64,000 nt of DNA from Octopus sinensis (lineage: Eukaryota): the NCBI RefSeq assembly GCF_006345805.1, contig NC_042999.1, positions 107,694,001 to 107,758,000 on the forward strand. Direction: 5' to 3'. The notes beneath the pieces are model-generated. The model saw nothing but the letters and a program-made list of their open reading frames with translations, ran no database searches and was not told where the DNA came from. Each line of letters opens with the position of its first letter. The stretch's first letter is position 1. The position numbers and the translations under genes were made by a program. This document shows positions 63,491 through 64,000 of this stretch, piece after piece.

Positions 63491-64000
63491 ATATATATAT
63501 GTGTGTGTGTGTATATATGAACATAGTGAGAGATGGGGGATTCAAGAAATCCAGGTGAATATCTCATTCACCACTTTATGCAAAATCCTGGCTAACAGGA
63601 TGTACAGAGAGAAAAAAATCATCCAGTTAATCAAAAGATATTCCATACAAACTAAAAAAAACCCAGGAAATTACAGATTATAAGAATAGTACATCCACTG
63701 TGAGACATGAAATAAAATCATCAAAGGAACAAAGATAGTGGTATTACATTTATTAATCAGTTGCGATCACTGGGTCCAATTAATGGCATTTCTGAGCATA
63801 TAGTGGTAATAAATTCTGCTACTATCTCAACTTTTTTTCTTTCTACTCATATATGTTTACCATAAATTTCAGCTTCTTTCACCTGTCAGCGCTAGTGACC
63901 TACATGTTACATTACCTCATATATAGGGAAATAAATGAGACACTTTGTCTCCGTGGTCCCTTCATTTATGCATTTCTCTGATCATACCTCAACTTAGTTT

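Overview
AT-rich eukaryotic DNA dominated by microsatellites and transposon debris. The repeat mix (tRNA-headed SINEs with internal CA/TA tracts, RTE, Dong/R4, CR1 and Penelope-like retroelements, mariner, piggyBac- and hAT-type MITEs) looks like an octopod cephalopod genome; this is pattern recognition, not a database result. No host protein-coding gene could be identified, only scattered small exon-like segments of low confidence. The one long real ORF is a young, 5'-truncated RTE-clade LINE on the minus strand (43660-46827, 750 open codons) whose reverse transcriptase carries a C4HC3 PHD-type zinc finger between palm and thumb. Other notable items: a 5S rRNA-headed element whose 3' stem-loop co-varies with that of the main tRNA-SINE (60139-60320), an expandable hairpin array in the RTE 3' UTR, decayed hammerhead-like motifs in Penelope-type repeats, a (TA)n-flanked element with a perfect 42-bp palindrome, and several long foldback elements. 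Most short ORFs in the supplied track are microsatellite artefacts.
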